Shown one piece after another: positions 60,561 to 64,000 of a DNA stretch of 64,000 bases. The notes under the pieces are model-generated. The model was not told the origin of the DNA, made no database searches, and saw nothing but the letters and a program-made list of their open reading frames with translations. Source of the stretch: Heterodontus francisci (taxonomy: Eukaryota); assembly GCF_036365525.1 (NCBI RefSeq), contig NC_090378.1, positions 122,373,593-122,437,592 of the forward strand. Reading direction: 5' to 3'. The position numbers and the translations under genes are program-made. Each line of letters begins with the position of its first letter. Within the stretch, counting starts at the first letter, position 1.

Positions 60561-60656
60561 TTGAAGACGGATAATGCTCCAGGGTTGAAGTCACAGATGA
60601 GTCCATGTGTCACTGGTTCCAGCCGTTATGGTGATGTGACTGGGCTGATAACCTGA

Positions 60657-61155
60657 TTGGAGAAATTCAATGAAGATTTGTGGATAATAGGAACAATGAG
60701 GCAAAAATATGAAAAATCACTAAAAGTAGTGACACAGGTGAATAAAGACTTAAACAAAGCAAATCAAGCAGCTGGATTTATTTCCAGAGGGTTAGAATTG
60801 AAAAGCAGTGAATTTCTGTTGAACTGCTGTACAATCTTGTTGAGGCCACACTCGACGTACACTGAACGGTTCGAGCCTCCATATTCAGAAAAGGATCTCG
60901 AGCCAGTGGAGAAGGTGCAAAATAGATTTACCAGAACTGAGAGGATAAACTTATCAGGAAAGGCTAAACAGGCTGGGGCTCTTTGGTGACCTCATGAATG
61001 TCTTTAAGGATATGAAGAGGTTTGAGAGAGTAGATGTTGAGAAGATTCTTCCAATTGTGGGTGAGATCAGAACATACAATAATCAACATTAAATCCAATA
61101 GGGAATTCAGGAGCAACTTTTTTAACCAGAGAGAGGTTAGAATGTGGAACTCATT
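60657..61155 (+). mobile_element. Old CR1 LINE fragment (ORF2 C-terminal part)
   Basis: KANQAAGFISRGLELKSSEFLLN..ILLRPH...EKVQNRFTR is homologous to the KAYSILGFINRGTEYKSKEVMLNLYKTLVQPQ...ERVQKGFTR of the younger CR1 in this window. TTTTTAACCAGAGAGAGGTTAGAATGTGGAAC matches the FFTQRV..WN motif. Confidence 0.85.
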
Positions 61156-61200
61156 CTGGCAAACAACACCGAGAGACAGCAATGGTGTAAAATAATAGAT

Positions 61201-61206
61201 TTTATT
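61201..61206 (-). terminator. Poly(A) signal of the candidate minus-strand gene
   Basis: AATAAA on the minus strand, followed ~13-18 nt later by CA dinucleotides and a GT-rich stretch (TTGCTGTCTCTCGGTGTTGTTTG). Confidence 0.5.
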
Positions 61207-61211
61207 CTGTT

Positions 61212-61268
61212 TCATTGGATAGAAAACATTGTATACTGGAAATTCATTGTTTTGCAGTCAATCACCTC
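61212..61268 (-). CDS. Candidate terminal coding exon of the BH3-motif gene
   Basis: Strong acceptor TTTGTCTGTCTCTGTTCAG|GAG. In phase 0 it reads EVIDCKTMNFQYTMFSIQ*, followed by AATAAA. Confidence 0.35.
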   Translation of the reverse strand, partial: EVIDCKTMNFQYTMFSIQ

Positions 61269-61377
61269 CTGAACAGAGACAGACAAACGCTGATGGTGGG
61301 AAGACAGTAGAAATTGGAAACAGGAGGTTTGAAAGTGGATGAAACAGGATATTTAAATCCAAAATACCTGGACTCAC

Positions 61378-61668
61378 AGGACTGTTAGACCCTGTTCCCC
61401 CAATACTGCCAGCTCCCTGCTCCGCCCCCCCAATACTGCCAGCTCCCTGTACCCTCCAATACTGCCAGCGCCCTGCTCCCCCCCCAATACTGCCACTCCC
61501 TGTACCCTCCAATACTGCCACTCCCTGTACCCTCCAATACTGCCAGCTCCCTGCAGCCTCCAATACTGTCAGCTCAATGTCTACGAATTCCTGCTGGTAC
61601 TGGCGCCCGAGGCTGTCACCCACCTCCCGGAGGACGCGGTTGAGCTTTCCCGGCATGGATGGTGGGAA
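61378..61668 (-). CDS. Candidate exon encoding a Bcl-2-family BH3 motif followed by Gly-rich repeats
   Basis: Acceptor TTTCATCAG| and donor CCT|GTGAGT define a 291-nt open frame: FPPSMPGKLNRVLREVGDSLGRQYQQEFVDI... The BH3 part is CpG-rich, like coding sequence. Confidence 0.5.
61399..61575. repeat. Seven copies of a 25-30-bp repeat
   Basis: CAATACTG at 61401, 61431, 61457, 61485, 61510, 61535 and 61561; unit approximately CCAATACTGCCAGCTCCCTGTACCCT. Confidence 0.9.
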
Positions 61669-61689
61669 CTGATGAAATGTTTTATTCCC

Positions 61690-61935
61690 TGCATCCCCTT
61701 CACCCCCCCCCCGCTTCCCCTTCCCAGCTCCCCCCTCCCAGCTCAACCCCCCCCGCACCCTCTTACCCCACCCCCTCCCCCCTCGCAACCCCTTCCCAGC
61801 TCCCCCCTTACACCATCTTCCTCCTGCACCCCCTTCCCCTGAACCCCCCCACCCCTCTACAGCCCCCTTCCCAGCTCCCCCTCGCACCCCCTTCCCTCCA
61901 CCCCTCCCCCTCGCACCCCCTCCTCCCACCGGCAT
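61690..61935 (-). repeat. C-rich (minus-strand G-rich) low-complexity tract with G-quadruplex potential
   Basis: More than 20 runs of >=3 C; CCCCTTCCCAGCTCCCCC recurs three times. Confidence 0.8.
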
Positions 61936-61939
61936 CCAC

Positions 61940-64000
61940 CTAGCCCTGAGCAGGGGCCCTAACAACCCCACTGCCTTGTTGGCGTCTTGGGGGAGTCCAA
62001 GGCTAAGGCAGTAAACCCTAACAGACAATCCGGAGCGGAACCCCGTAGGCGGTCATGTGTCACTTTAGGCATGTTTCCGGCAGTTCCTTCAGCCATACCG
62101 GTGCCAAATATCGTGCTCTGCACTCCTTTGGACCCCACCAGAAGGCCGAGAGGGGGGTGTTGACGCTTGGGCAACTCACAACCTCCATACATTCACCCAG
62201 GCAAGGGCCCTGGAGAGGTCACTCCAAAGTCGCCTCACAGCAACCGAAACAACACGGAAGGCAGCAGTTACAGGTTATAAGTCCAGCTCAATTGGCGTAG
62301 AGATTGGGCGCCACGGGCTGCCTTTGTCGGTGGGAGAGGTCATTGCGTCTCACTGGACATCTACCGCCCGCCTCAAACCGGGAAACCCCCAGTCAATAAG
62401 GTTCTGTCCCCCCACAGTCCACCTGCTTCAATGGGTGCTTGGAGCTCAGGGTTATTGCCCGAAAAGTGGACTGCAACACCACACCAAACAGCACGAAAAA
62501 AGGAAAGAAGGTACCAGCCCTTCGTTTTGCAAGCTGGAACGTCAGAACTATGTGTCCTGGCCTGTCGGAAGACCTTACACAAATCAACGATTCTCGGAAG
62601 ACCGCCATCATTAACAACGAGCTCAGTAGACTCAATGTGGACATTGCAGCACTTCAGGAGGCACGCCTCCCAGCGAGCAGATCTCTAACAGAGCAAGACT
62701 ACACCTTCTTCTGACAGGGTAGGGTTCCTGAAGAACTAAGACAGCATGGAGTGGGCTTCGCCATCAGAAACTCTTTGCTCAGCATGATAGAGCCACCTTC
62801 AAATGGCTCAGAACGCATACTGTCCATCCGACTGCTCACCACCTCTGGTCCAGTACACCTACTCAGCATCTATGCTCCAACACTCTGCTCCCCACCTGAA
62901 GATAAAGACCAGTTCTACGAGGAACTCCATAATATCATTGGTAGCATCCCAAATACCGAACATCTGTTCCTGCTGGGGGCAATTTAATGCCAGGGTTGGG
63001 GCCGACCATGACTCATTGCCCTCCTGCCTTGGGCGCTATGGCATTGGAAGGATGAATGAGAATGGACAGAGACCGCTTGAGTTGTGTACCTATCATAACC
63101 TCTGCATCACCAACTCATTCTTTCACACTAAACCCTGTCACCAGGTTTCTTGGAGGCACCCAAGATCACGTCGTTGGCACCAGCTGGACCTCATCATCAC
63201 AAGGCGAGCCTCCTTAAACTGTGTTCAAATCACACGCAGCTTCCACAGTGCGGACTGCGACACCGACCACTCCCTGGTGTGCAGCAACGTTAGCCTCAAA
63301 CCAAAGAAGCTGCATCACTCCAAGCAGAAGGGCCACCCGCGCATCAACACGAGCAGAATTTCTTTTCCACAGCTGTTACAAAAATTTCTAAATTGACTTG
63401 GAAAAGCTCTTCAAAACACTCCCGCAGGGGATGCAGAGACCAAGTGGGCCCACATCAGAGACGCCATCTATGAGTCAGCCTATGACCACCTATGGCAAAC
63501 GTGTGAAGCGGACTGCAGACTGGTTTCAATCTCACTTTGAAGATCTGGAAGCTGTCATAGCCACTAAGCGCATTGCACTGCTGAACTACAAAAAAGCCCC
63601 CAGCGAGTTAACATCCGTAGCACTTAAAACAGCCAGAAGCGCTGCACAAAGAACAGCCAGGCGCTGCGCAAATGACTACTGGCAACACCTATGCAGTCAT
63701 ATTCAGCTGGCCTCTGACACCGGAAACATCATTGGAATGTATGATGGCATTAAGAGAGCTTTTGGGCCAACCATCAAGAAGATCGCCCCCCTCAAATCTA
63801 AATCAGGGGACACAATCACTGACCAAAGCAAGCAAATGGACCGCTGGGTTGAGCACTACCTAGAACTGTACTCCAGGGAAAATGTTGTCACTGACACCGC
63901 CCTCAATGCAGCCCAGTCTCTGCCAGTCATGGATGAGCTGGACATACAGCCAACAAAATCAGAACTCAGTGATGCCACTGATTCTCTAGCCAGCGGAAAA
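61940..64000 (+). mobile_element. RTE-clade LINE: 5' UTR plus disrupted ORF (APE endonuclease and linker), continuing beyond the window
   Basis: APE motifs ASWNVRT, DIAALQEARL, HGVGFAI, SIYAPT, LLG-x-FNARVG and DCDTDHSLV. In-frame stops at 62712 and 63394 and a frameshift near 62980. The 5' boundary is approximate. Confidence 0.92.

Noticed and set aside
61970-62012. HDV-like ribozyme in the RTE 5' UTR (ACTGCCTT/AAGGCAGT stem, GCTAA)
   Set aside because: I could not build P1, P3 or L3, and the interval is too short; only a simple hairpin is supported. An Infernal/RNArobo search would settle it.

Overview
Eukaryotic, repeat-rich DNA from a cartilaginous fish (shark; the C exon resembles horn shark/nurse shark type I light chains as I recall them). 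Bases 1-45.7 kb are one 61-bp minisatellite array (~750 units) with layered higher-order duplications; all ORFs there are spurious. Next come a 5'-truncated CR1 LINE with two nested SINEs and a compound CA/GA repeat containing an assembly gap. These are followed by an immunoglobulin light-chain J segment (23-bp RSS, LTFGKGTKLRL, GTAAGT donor), a 4.0-kb intron (SINEs, L2 fragment, solo LTR) and an intact CL exon of the type I / NS5 / sigma-cart class. No V segment is visible anywhere upstream. Downstream of C lie a transcription-factor motif cluster, an orphan 22-bp-spacer RSS-like signal reminiscent of the mammalian kappa-deleting element, a 45-bp minisatellite (~5.2 kb) and an old CR1 fragment. 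On the minus strand there is a candidate two-exon gene 3' end encoding a clear Bcl-2-family BH3 motif (KLNRVLREVGDSLGRQYQQEF). The window ends in a degenerate RTE-clade LINE. All family assignments are from recall, not from database searches.
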